Positions 38,415 to 50,800 of a stretch of DNA of 64,000 bases are shown one piece after another; positions within the stretch are counted from its first letter, which is position 1, and the number at the start of each line of letters is the position of its first letter. This DNA comes from Octopus sinensis. Taxonomy: Eukaryota. A model generated the notes under the pieces. That model searched no databases. It was given only the letters and a program-made list of their open reading frames with translations, and had not been told where the DNA came from. The translations under genes were made by a program, and so were the position numbers. The stretch covers positions 154,752,001 through 154,816,000 of the forward strand of contig NC_042998.1 of NCBI RefSeq assembly GCF_006345805.1. Reading direction: 5' to 3'.

Positions 38415-38810
38415 TATATACTGGTGTGGTGTGATTGTGGTATAAAGAATATATTAATAAAAGGATTCCAACCTTTACTGATTTTCACGTTTTATTTACA
38501 TCTTATAATGATATAAGATAATAATACAATAAATAACATAAAATAATAGAATGTTTAATCTTCATTCTGATTGAAGTAGTACTTTCATGCATTAGATTCT
38601 GCAATCTTCGGTTCATGAATAGTGTTGACAGTCATGCTCTCACAATTTTTGACTGTAGCGAGATGATTGAATCTGTGCCTTAAATACAGCTGTGTGGGCT
38701 CCAGATTGCTAGGTTTTGCAAACTGTATTCTGACCAATCAGTGTGTAGTATCACTCAATTACTTAAGCTGATTGGTTGGTTGATCTGATTGGTTTAGGCG
38801 TCACGCTTTG
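38415..38810. repeat. ~400-bp dispersed repeat (second copy at 41000-41400) with a hammerhead fold (family I)
   Basis: Direct repeat pair; the hammerhead is damaged in this copy and intact at 41164-41208. Confidence 0.75.
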
Positions 38811-39325
38811 TTGGACATGTCAAGAGTCCTGTATCTTAACCCTGGCCGAGGCAGCAATTGTTGGGCTATTTTTAGAAATGTTGTAAATAGCCTTTGTCAG
38901 AGATTTTTATATTTCAATTGTCATCATCATCATTGTCAGCACCTTAATTATTATTGCTAGCGGTGATGGTGGTGGTAATAGAGGTTTTAACCCTAAATAA
39001 GATAATTTTCCTGCTATCTAAGTATTATTGCTTATTTAGCTTGGGTTCGAATTTATCAATAAAATTCTTTTATATATATGTATATATATATATATGTAAA
39101 AAAATACAAACTGGGACAGGAACGCAAAACATTTAGAAGACGATACAAAAAACACAATCTTCAGTCAAGAACCGGATCATCTTCGCAATTTCGGCTGTAT
39201 ATATATACATATATATATTATATTAAATTAGAGACAAAACCACTATTATGCAAATCAAACAAAGAAAGACTTAAGCCAATACATAAATTAATTTATATAA
39301 ATTTAGAAATTTAACAATTATAAAT

Positions 39326-39386
39326 AACCACTACGATCGTTTCGTGTCTTATTTCAGCACATCTTTGAGACATTCTTCAGGTGGTT
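39326..39386 (-). ncRNA. Type I hammerhead (family E), left arm of a ~200-bp inverted repeat 39217-39412 / 39826-40020
   Basis: AACCAC CUGAAGA a-UGUCU..AGACA-c GAA ACGAUCGU A GUGGUU. Confidence 0.8.
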
Positions 39387-39852
39387 TCAAAACATTTTCC
39401 CATCAAGTGCACAATTATTCTATATATACATATATACGCTTCAACAGTTGTGAACATATCTTCACATGAAACCGTTGGTAGTCTTATTAACACTAATATA
39501 AAGTGTGTGTGTGTTTTAAAAAATGTTTAGAGGTAAAACTCCAGGGAGAAGAACTTCCCCACAGCGACTTTTATTATTACTGCTGCTAGTTATTCGACTC
39601 CTATAGAAAACAAGTCTTGACCACACTATTTAATTTACCATCACAGATAGTAGTAATTTGCCATCACAGTACAACTTGTAATGCCACGAAAACTAACGGA
39701 AATTACCAAGTGCTCTTGCAGAAAAAAGTTGGCATTTACAGCTTCAGACATTACAAGGAGTTTCAGACAGATCTCCATAAAAGAAGGATGGCATTACAGC
39801 TGAGTTAGCGGAGGAGGAACAAGACTGTGCACTTGATGGGGAAATGTTTTGA

Positions 39853-39913
39853 AATCACCTGAAGAATGTCTCAAAGATGTGCTGAAATAAGACACGAAAC
39901 GATCGTAGTGGTT
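39853..39913 (+). ncRNA. Type I hammerhead (family E), right arm
   Basis: AATCAC CTGAAGA ATGTCT...AGACAC GAAACGATCGT A GTGGTT. Confidence 0.8.
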
Positions 39914-40103
39914 ATTTATAATTGTTAAATTTCTAAATTTATATAAATTAATTTATGTATTGGCTTAAGTCTTTCTTTGTTTGATTTGCATAATAGTGGT
40001 TTTGTCTCTAATTTAATATAATATAATATTTTACTATAAAATTGGATTCAATCCTAAATCTGATTTTTCCCTGTAAATTTGGATTTATTCCCTAATATTT
40101 ATT

Positions 40104-40199
<96 letters not shown>

Positions 40200-40394
40200 C
40201 ATACATATATATAGTATATAAATAAAAGGGGCAGGCAACAGGTTGCTTGGCCGCATACCGAAAAAATTAGAAATGGCAGTCATAGACTGTTTATTTCTAT
40301 TTTCTACAAACGGAACTCCACATACGACATATCCCTGCAATTCACAAATGCAAAACAGAAGGAATAAACAACGAAAACAAGGTCTAATGGTCAT

Positions 40395-40448
40395 TTGTGA
40401 ACATGTTTCTAGATTAGAAATATAATTTCATATCTTTCATCAGCGCAA
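40395..40448 (-). ncRNA. Type I hammerhead fold (family G)
   Basis: UUGCG CUGAUGA a-AGAU..AUCU-a GAA ACAUGU U CACAA; one mismatch in stem I. Confidence 0.6.
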
Positions 40449-40646
40449 CTCTCCATAAAAATAGATTTATCAAATGCTACATACCCCATCCTTCTGACCA
40501 GGCGACATCAAAAGAGTGTAAGAAAGCGAGCACAGGCTAAACCTAAATAGACAGTTGATTTCGCAAATCTTCCCTCAAAAATTTTACCATGCGCATTCCA
40601 AAAATATGGGTTGTCGTAAGGGAATGAAAATTTCAATTAGTAATAT

Positions 40647-40809
40647 AATAAGAGTAAATAATTTCTTTAATGGTTTTTTAAAAAACCAACAATTATTTAC
40701 TGGTAGATTTCGGCATGTAAATATAACCGTTAATGGTTATATTTACATGCCGAAATCTACCAGTAAATAATTGTTGTTTTTAAAAAACTATTAAAGAAAT
40801 TATTTACTC

Positions 40810-40814
<5 letters not shown>
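40647..40814. repeat. Palindrome, ~80-bp arms, 6-bp spacer
   Basis: 40647-40728 is the reverse complement of 40735-40814. Confidence 0.9.
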
Positions 40815-40906
<92 letters not shown>

Positions 40907-41163
40907 GCGGTGCTCCAGCATGGCCAGTCAAATGACTGAAACAAGTAAAAGAGTAAAAGACTATATATATATATATATTATATATATAGAATATATATAT
41001 GGGTGTGTGTGATGTGTATAGAAGAATATATTAATAAAAAGAATTCCAACCTTGTCTGATTTTCACGTTTTATTTACAATCTTATAATGATATATTATAA
41101 GATAATATATTATAATTGAATAAAATAAAATGAAATAGTAGAATGTTAAATATTCATTCTGAT

Positions 41164-41208
41164 TGAACTAGTACTTTCATGCATTGAATTCTGCAATCTT
41201 CGGGTTCA
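41164..41208 (-). ncRNA. Type I hammerhead fold (family I, U4C variant)
   Basis: UGAAC CCGAAGA u-UGCA-GAAUUCAA-UGCA-u GAA AGUACU A GUUCA. Confidence 0.65.
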
Positions 41209-41398
41209 TGTAGTAGTGTTGACAGTCATGCTTCACAATTTTTGACTGTAGCAAGATGATTGATTCTGTGCTATAAATACAGCTGGGTAGGCTCCAGAGT
41301 GCTAGGTTTTGCAAACTGTATTCTGACCAATCAGTGTGTAGTATCACTCAATTACTTAAGCTGATTGGTTGGTTGAGCTGATTGGTTTAGGCATCACG

Positions 41399-41445
<47 letters not shown>

Positions 41446-41461
41446 TATATATATACACACA

Positions 41462-41504
<43 letters not shown>

Positions 41505-41527
41505 TATATATACATATATATATATAC

Positions 41528-41560
<33 letters not shown>

Positions 41561-41566
41561 CATATG

Positions 41567-41644
<78 letters not shown>

Positions 41645-41679
41645 GTAAATATAATATATGACAATTATTCGGTAGCCAA

Positions 41680-41740
41680 GATAAAACTCTGAGTTTCGAA
41701 TGCCGAGATGGAAATCTACACTACCATCTCTTCAGTTATC
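41680..41740 (-). ncRNA. Type I hammerhead (family D, canonical core) within repeat 41650-42070
   Basis: GAUAA CUGAAGA GAUG..CAUUC GAA ACUC-A-GAGU U UUAUC. Confidence 0.7.
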
Positions 41741-42069
41741 CACCCATCGGAAAAACGCTATGAAAAAAGACCGTTATACAAAGGGAAATTACGAAAAATT
41801 TGGTGAAAAATGCGAGTGAAGATATGTACGTTTTTCTAGTGATGTATGCGTACGCACGTGGGTGTGCGAGCACACATGCGTGCGTATGAACAGGCACACT
41901 TACGTGTATACTATGAAATTTTTACTTTACCTTAATTAGCGGTCATTCGAATAGTGCTTTTGTATAAATAGCGGTCTATAACACAGTAATTTTCCTTTCT
42001 ATAACGGTCTATTTAAATAATATTGAGGTCTCTTTCTTTCTTTTGTTATCTTACCGTTTTTACCAATAC

Positions 42070-42126
<57 letters not shown>

Positions 42127-42149
42127 TATCTGTATGTGTGTGTTTGTGT

Positions 42150-42345
42150 GTCTGTGTTTGTCCCCCTAGCATTGCTTGACAACCGATGCTGGTGTGTTTA
42201 CGTCTCCGTCACTTAGCGGTTCGGCAAAAAGAGACCGATAGAATAAGTACTGGGCTTACAAAGAATAAGTCCTGGGGTCGATTTGTTCGACTAAAGGCGG
42301 TGCTCCAGCATGGCCGCAGTCAAATGACTGAAACAAGTAAAAGAG
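42150..42345 (+). mobile_element. SINE 3' portion with LINE-shared tail (tail alone also at 40905-40960)
   Basis: GGCAAAAAGAGACCGATAGAATAAGTAC...GGCGGTGCTCCAGCATGGCCGCAGTCAAATGACTGAAACAAGTAAAAGA. Confidence 0.75.
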
Positions 42346-42366
42346 AGTAAGAGTATATATATATAT

Positions 42367-42441
<75 letters not shown>

Positions 42442-42613
42442 TATATATACATATATAAATACATATGTATATATATATATGTATATATATACATATACAT
42501 ATATATATATACATATATATATACATATGTATATATATACATATATACATATGTATATATATACATATATATATATATACATATATATATACACATTTAT
42601 ATATATACATAAA

Positions 42614-42646
<33 letters not shown>

Positions 42647-42647
42647 G

Positions 42648-42731
<84 letters not shown>

Positions 42732-43049
42732 CTACAAATTATTTTCATAATTTTCAAACGACCAAATAAACAAAACCACACACTCCTATGAGAGAATATT
42801 CATTTTTCGTCAACACCTTCTGATTACTAAAGGATCACCCACACATTAAAAATTAGAAAAAGAGGGAAAAAAAGAAAAGAAAAGAAAGATAAAATAACTC
42901 CAAGCTCATAATTCAAATACAAATTTCTCAGTATTATAGCAAACATTCTGTACAATCTATTCTACATACTTCTTAAAAAAAAATAATAATTAAAAGTAAT
43001 CAACAAAAGAAACGAACAAAATAAACTTTAATAAATCATATCCACCAGA

Positions 43050-43314
43050 ATGGCTAGCCACCAAAAATCCAACAAAAACTGGTCTGATAATGAAATCGAC
43101 GTTCTTATCAACACATGGCATTGCCTTACCCAAACAGAGGGCATAGGTGCTTCGTGTCTGAACGAAATTGCTAAACGAACAGTTCATCATTTGCAAACTC
43201 GATCTGAACAGCAGATACAAAATAAATTAAAACAAATCGAAGTTGCTTTTAAATTAATAAATAAACTCTTCGATAAACTGAGATGTGTTTTCTCTTCGAA
43301 CGCATCACCGGCGC

Positions 43315-43396
<82 letters not shown>

Positions 43397-44400
43397 GCAA
43401 CAACAACAACCTCAACAACAAACTCAGTGGCAACAACAACAACAACAACAGCTACAGCAACAACAACAACTTCAGCAGCAACAACCTCAGCGGCAACAAC
43501 AACCTCAACAACAAACTCAGCGGCAACAACAACAACAGGATGAACCACTCCTTGATTCATCTACAATGGCCGATTTGCTAAACGAAACGTTTGACCCCCC
43601 CAGTCATCAGGGTCACACAGCAGGAAGCACCACCCCTTCCTTTCACTGCCCTAGCAGCTCAATCAACATCACTGTCAACATCATCTTCTCTGCTTACTAC
43701 TGCTAGTACTACTGCCACTATGTATCCACAAACATCTTTGTCTACCGCTATCTCATGGAATCGACCTCCTCGATCATCATCACTGTCAACATCTCTTCTA
43801 CCTACTACAACTACTACTACTAATGCTATCTCAAGGAATTTACCTCCTACAGGTTACAAAGGTCGCCAAAACCTCAACAAACTATCATCTACACCTCTCA
43901 CAACTCAAACACGCACCTACACACCCACTCGAAACCCCATCATTTGCCGATATTCTCTTCGCCATAGATTATGCACTGATAGAGACTGCAAATTCACCCA
44001 TTTACCTGGAACAAAACGCTCTATCCCCACAAACTACAACAGCAACCACCATAATACATACTCTATTACAACACCACCACAACCACCAATATCTCAAACA
44101 AGGAATCCCCAAATCTGTCGCTATTCCCAGCGAGACAGATTGTGTTTGCACAGGGATTGCTCCTTTACCCATCTCCCGGAGACTCGTCGGACAAATGACA
44201 TTATAAATAAAAATAAAAGCAAAAAAACCTACGACTCATATAGAAATAACCACTCATATAAAAATAACCACAACCACAGTCACCTACAGTTCCCTAGACA
44301 GGAAACCTCTTCTTCCTCTTTTTTAGCTATAATGGAAAAAAACATCCGAGCTATCACCCACCACCATCCACCACTATTACCCCACTGCACATGCCATTAA
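43050..44400 (+). pseudogene. LINE ORF1: Myb/SANT-like N-terminus, polyQ, two CCCH zinc fingers; one frameshift at a C7 run
   Basis: WSDNEIDVLINTW...RSEQQIQNKLK; (CAA)n tract; CRYSLRHRLCTDRDCKFTH and CRYSQRDRLCLHRDCSFTH. Confidence 0.75.
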
Positions 44401-47400
44401 AAAGCAATCAAATAAACAAATCACCAAAACAATTAAAACCATCCACTCTCGCCTCAACATGTTTGCTTAATGCCCAAGGCATCAGCCCTTCCACCAATAC
44501 ACAAAAATGGAAGATAAAATTCCTGGAGGACTGGGTCGATGCCCATCCAAACCACATCCCTTTCTTCGTCCTCACTGAAACCCATCTTAGTAACCTTCAC
44601 TTGGAAGCCGAGGTGAAAGTTAAAAATTTCAAAGCCATTCGTGCTGATCGTGCTGGCAGAAGAAAGGGTGGGACTGCCATTTATATTCACGATTCATTCT
44701 CAACAGAAGCTATGAACATATTTTCCAATGGATACTGCGAAGCAGTCGCTGTATTCAGTCAAACCAACAACTTAACAGTAGTTGGGCTCTACAGACCACC
44801 CCAAACGCCCCTACCATGCTTCAAGGAATGCCTCAACAACATAAATTGTTTCATTCAGCAGTGTCAACCTGACAGCATTTTAATGATGGGAGACTTCAAC
44901 CTTCCCGGGGTTAACTGGTCTACAAACAGTCTGCCGCCAGGTTCTTCTCTCTCAACCCCTGACAGGGAGGCAGTGGAATCGCTTCTTGACTTCATGAATG
45001 ATTTCTTCCTGTCCCAACTGGTACTCGAACCAACGAGATGTCATAAAAACGTCTTAGACTTAATTTTCAGCAATCACACTGATACTATCCACAATATTGC
45101 AGTGGAGAAAACCCTACTCTCTGATCATGACATGGTTCTCTGTGATCTGAGATTTCACTGGCCAAAATGCAAAACAAATGTCATCCCTCCTGTTCATCCA
45201 TTTGACACTATGGATTTCCACAATGCAAACTGGGAAGCAATCAATAATGATCTTGCACAAGTCGATTGGTCCTTCACGCACACATACACACCCACTAACA
45301 TCAAAAAGTCCTGGCAGTCATTTGTAGACACCATTACAAACATATGTGCAAAACACACCCCATTAAGATCTGCAAACAAATCTAAGTGTCGAATCCCTAG
45401 AAATAGAAAATCTCTCATCAGGAAAATTAAAAGAATTAACAAAAAAATCAACAAGCTGAAATACTGTCAACAGCAACACACCAACCTGACTGCCATCTCG
45501 TCGCTAGAGATTAAAAACATAAACTCCAAAACAACATGATGTCTATCATCAATAGTCAGCGAAGAGCTGAAGAGGCCTGGGCCATTGAGAAGATCAAACT
45601 CAATCCCAAAGTGTTCTTTTCATTTGCAAAAAAACACAGAGTCACTGGTTCTACTGTTGGCCCTCTGATTGATGAAAATGGTACTCTTCAAGACAATGCC
45701 AAAACCATGGGAGAGATATTGCAGAAACAATATTGCTCTGTTTTCAGCAATCCTAATATGACTGATCTGGGCTGTATCAGTGATGTTACTCCTCAATACA
45801 CTTTATCGGACATAACCTTTGGCGCTCTTGATGTCTCAGCAGCAATAAAGGAAATGAAGCATAATTCAGCAGTAGGTCCCGATAGGTTCCCTGCTTGTGT
45901 CTTGAAGATGTGTCAAAACCAACTTGCACCCCCTCTAGCCAATCTGTGGCGGAGCTCACTGGATGCTGGATATATACCAGAAGACCTTCTATCCCAGTCT
46001 GTTCTCCCAGTTTTCAAAAAAGGAAACAAATCGCTTGCCGTGAATTACCGTCCAATCTCACTCACCTCTCATATCATTAAGGTATTTGAGAGAGTACTGA
46101 GATCGCGTATGACTCACTTCCTTGAGAGTCATAATATGCTGAACTCCAACCAGCATGGATTCCGTAATGGGAGAGATTGCCTGACGCAATCATTTTGATG
46201 ACATTTTGAGAGCATTGGGAGAGGGTTCCAACACTGATGTCATCTACCTTGATTTCAGCAAGGCCTTTGACAGGGTTGATCATAAGATCCTTCTGAGAAA
46301 GCTGTCCAATATTGGTGTCACTGGAAAGCTGCTGCAGTGGATCAAGTGCTTCCTGTCTAACAGAACCCAACATATTGTAGTCGAAGGAGTCAAATCCAGC
46401 CCAGCCAAAGTCAGCAGTGGTGTCCCACAAGGCACTGTGTTGGGCCCACTTCTCTTCATCATCTACATAAATGATATTACTGACACCATTAAATACAGTA
46501 ACATCAGAACCTTCGCTGATGATTCCAAGCTCCAGAAGGTCATCAATGGCGTGGATGACCGAATAAGCCTTCAGTCAGACCTACTGGCTGTTGTCCAATG
46601 GGCGGAAAAGAATAACATGTTGCTAAACGAAGACAAATTCGAACTGATCCACTTTGGAAGGGAGGACGCTCTGAAACTCCCATACTCCCTTCCTTCTGGA
46701 GAAATTCTCATGGCGTCCAACAACATCTATTACAACACCATCACAACCACCAATATCTCAAACAAGGAATCCCCAAATCTGTCGCTATTCCCAGCGAGAC
46801 AGATTGTGTTTGCACAGGGATTGCTCCTTTACCCATCTCCCGGAGACTCGTCGGACAAATGACATTATAAATAAAAATAAAAGCAAAAAAACCTACGACT
46901 CATATAGAAATAACCACTCATATAAAAATAACCACAACCACAGTCACCTACAGTTCCCTAGACAGGAAGTAACAGTGGACAACAACATAAGCTGGGCTAC
47001 ACATATAAGCAGCAAAGTTGACATGGCCCGCAGAATGTGTTCCTGGATTCTCAGAACCTTCCAGTCGAGAGATTCCCACTCTATTATCCTTCTCTTCTCC
47101 ACTTTTGCCCGACCCCACCTTGAATACTGCTTCCACTGTGGTCTCCCTACACAAAACAAAATATTATGAGAATTGAAGCTCCCCAAAGGTCAATCACAAA
47201 ACAGATAGATGGCATGTCAGACCTTGACTACTGGGGTAGACTAGAGAAGCTGAAACTGTATTCACTCCAACGACGCCGTGAACGCTACATTATCTGTATG
47301 ATGTGGAAAATATTCGATCAGCACTGTCCGAATGATGTTGGCATCACCTTCAAAATACATCCAAGGCTTGGACCACGTGCCATACGTCCACAACAAAAAT

Positions 47401-47633
47401 CTAAATCGCATCACATAACGACAATACGGCACAACTATTTCACCTCAATTGGACCTGCTCTCTTCAACATTACACCAGGACACGTCAAAAAAGAAACTGA
47501 CCACACAAAATTCAAGAAATCTTTGGACAAATTCCTTCAAACAGTCCCGGACAAACCACCCACACCCGGATATGTCTCCGCAAACAATAACTCTCTGCTC
47601 GAATGGGCCCCTAGCACCAGGTGGTGCTATTAA
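44391..47633 (+). pseudogene. LINE ORF2 APE endonuclease + RT, frameshifted and interrupted by a 243-bp insertion
   Basis: LNAQG, LTETHL, GLYRPP, GDFNLP, SDHD; YRPISLTS; YLDFSKAFDRVDH; SGVPQGTVLGP; FADD. Confidence 0.92.
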
Positions 47634-47698
47634 GTTAGACATGGCCTGGGCCAATACTGGCCAAAACCTTTCTAAGTTATTCTAAGTTATATATATGT

Positions 47699-47829
<131 letters not shown>

Positions 47830-47874
47830 CATATATATACACATATATATACATATATATATATATACATATTA

Positions 47875-50800
47875 TTATGGCTACCCCCTCGTTATCGAGT
47901 ATGGCCATTGCACGAAGCTTAACTGTTACTAGCGCTGTGATTGAATGTGACTTTTTAGCCCAGCTAAAGATCTACAATGTCTTGTACAGAATTGGCAACT
48001 AAAACCTTTACCAGTAATAGCCGGCTGTAGTTGTAACTGGGCTTCATGTATCTTTGCATGTCGTTTAAGTCCTCCTGCCGAATTACACTTTCTTCCACAT
48101 GTCCGACAGATATTATTAGTATGGTGTGTTACACTACCACCAGTGGCCAGGTTGTCACTCATCTGTCTCGCTTTATGACTACGAAGATGACTCTTGAGTC
48201 CAGCTTTACTGAGGCAGGGTCTTGCACAGACACTGCTTGTCAGCATCATAGGAAGACCCTTCCCATCTGGAAGTGTAAGAGCGATGCCGTTCCTGACATC
48301 CCTCCTTATTTTCTCATGTGCCACTCGAGATTTTTCAAAAGTGGCTGTCCCCTCGTGCACAATCCTTCTCCACCTGCTACGATCAATAGCTATGCCTTCC
48401 CATGTGTCAGGAGAGATGTGTGGTCAGTTTCTGAAGGAAGCCTTCAGCAAGTCCTTATACCTCTTTTTTGGTTTATGTAGAGATCGTTCTCCTTTAGCTA
48501 ACTCTCCATAAAAGAGTTGTTTTGGCATCCTTGAATGCTTCATCCTGACCAGATGACCACTCCATCTGAGCCTTTGCTCTAACACAAGAGCTTCTATACT
48601 TTCACACCGAGAGCCTTCCAATATTTCAAGATCACTGATGCGGTCCTTCCACTTAATTCCATAGACCTGTCTGAGACACATCTGATGGAAACGTTCCAGT
48701 TGTTTAAGGTGGTATCGATATGTGACCCACATCTCGCAGGCATAGAGAAGAGAAGGGAGCACGCATGCCTTGTACGCCTTTATCTTTGTCTTTCTGCAAA
48801 TGTCTCGCCGACTCCAGAGGCGCTTTTCTAGCCTTCTGAAAGCAACACTTGCTTTCCTAATTCTATATGGAATTTCATCATCCAAATTGCTATATCTATT
48901 AATAGTGCTTCCCAGGTAGACAAACTGATCAACTACATCAAGTAGTTTACCATACACATAGATATTTGGTACACTATACTGCTTACCAGGAGCAGGTTGA
49001 TGCATGACAACAGTTTTCTTGAGATTGACTGTCAATCCTAAGGCAGTGCAAGCATCAGAGAATGCATTCAAAATATGTTGCATATCAATCTCTGTGTGTG
49101 CTACTAGCTCACAATCATCTGCATACAAAAGGTATCTCATGATAGAGGTAAATACCTTTGTTTTCGCAGCAAAGCGCCTGATATTAAATCTGCAGTTTCT
49201 GAATGCAATACAGAACACCATCGCAAAATATATGGAAAATAGGGTCGGTGCCAGAATATCCCCCTGTTTCACTCCATTTTATATTGAAATGGGCTCCGAC
49301 ATTTTCCCTCTAACATTCACCCTACCATTCATGTCTTCATGAAAAGACCTAACCAAAGCAAGGAACTTTTCAGGACACCCAAGTTTCTGAAGGACTTTCC
49401 ACAATGCTTTTCTATTGACGGTATCAAAGGCTTTTGTCAGATCGACAAAAACCTGATACAAATCCAGACCATGTTCCACATACTTCTCCTGAAGCTGTCT
49501 AGCTGAAAAGATCATATCAGCAGTGCCACGTCCCACACGAAAGCCAGATTGACTTTCTGGAAGAACACAGTCTGCAACGTATTTCAGCAGACGATCCAGA
49601 AGTACCCTGCATAAAACCTTTCCTACGACAGACAGCAATGATACTCCCCTATGATTACCCCAATCATTCCTGTTGCCCTTTCCCTTATACAGGACCACCA
49701 TTACTGTATCTCTTCAGTCCTCAGGTACAGATTCACTTACCAAACAAAGAGTGAAGTTTCTGCAGAAGTTTCTCACCACCATGCTGTAACAACTCCGCAT
49801 GTATGCCATCCATACCCGGAGACTTCCCATTATTCAACCTTGAGACAGCCATTGCAACTTCTTCCAACTTTGGTGGTTCTGCGAGTGCTGCCTTCACAGG
49901 TAATCCAGGAGTGAGATTGAGAACATCCTCACTAACTACAGACTGCTGATTCAAAAGTTCATCAAAGTGTTCTTGCCACCTTCGCAGAGTTCCTTGTGAA
50001 TCACGAAGAAGTTCTTTACCATCCATGCTTCGGAGTGGTGTCATCAGGGAAGACGTCGGTTCATAAACTTCTCGCAAGAGACCATACAACAGCTTTGTGT
50101 TATTGGAATCTGATGCCGCCTGTATCTCATCAGCCTTCTTACTCCACCACGTATCCCTCATCTCTGAGAGCCTTTGCCTCACACGTGATTTTACGTCCTT
50201 GAGTTCCCTATGCAACACTTCCCTTTCCTGTGGCTTTGCTGACAGATAGCGTGACAAAATACGTCTTTTATCAGCCAATAAATCAACTATATGTTCATCA
50301 TTTTCTTTAAACCAATCTTGATGCTTTCTTTGTATCAATCCCAGAACTTTCTTGCCTATATCATAAACTGATTTTTTAAGGGTCGGCCAATCCTCCCCAA
50401 TATCTGCAGCATTCATTTCCTCTCGTAAAGTTCTCTTCACACTATTACACCTAAGACGATCAACATTCAGTCTTTTAGGTAGGGTAATCCATGCAGCTTG
50501 GATTTTATGTTTTGTGACTAATTTCACTTTTGCACGTACTAGGCGGTGGTCAGTCCAACACTCAGCTCCACGAAGAACACGAACACACTGCACATCCTGT
50601 CACGCACCCTAACAAGGATGCAATCCAGAATATGCCATTCTTTAGATGCAGGGTGCATCCATGTAGTCTTAAACTTATTCTTTTGTTGAAACATGGTAAC
50701 ACACAGACGCAGCTCCTCACACATCTGCAGCAAAAGCATGCCATTACTATTACACTTTCCCACCCATGCTGTTAAAATCCCTACCCACTCTAGCATTAAA

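Larger units (their letters stand above)
42730..47690 (+). mobile_element. Near full-length CR1-clade LINE (5' UTR, ORF1, APE-RT ORF2, (TTCTAAGTTA)2 3' end)
   Basis: ORFs 43050-44400 and 44391-47633; 3' terminal short tandem repeat. Confidence 0.92.

Noticed and set aside
39150-39200. GAAA...CTGAAGA on the minus strand (possible type II hammerhead)
   Set aside because: No stem III or cleavage triplet can be formed.
43249-43581. PolyV, polyT and polyN ORFs
   Set aside because: They are alternative frames of the (CAA)n tract; the polyQ frame is the one continuous with the Myb-like domain.
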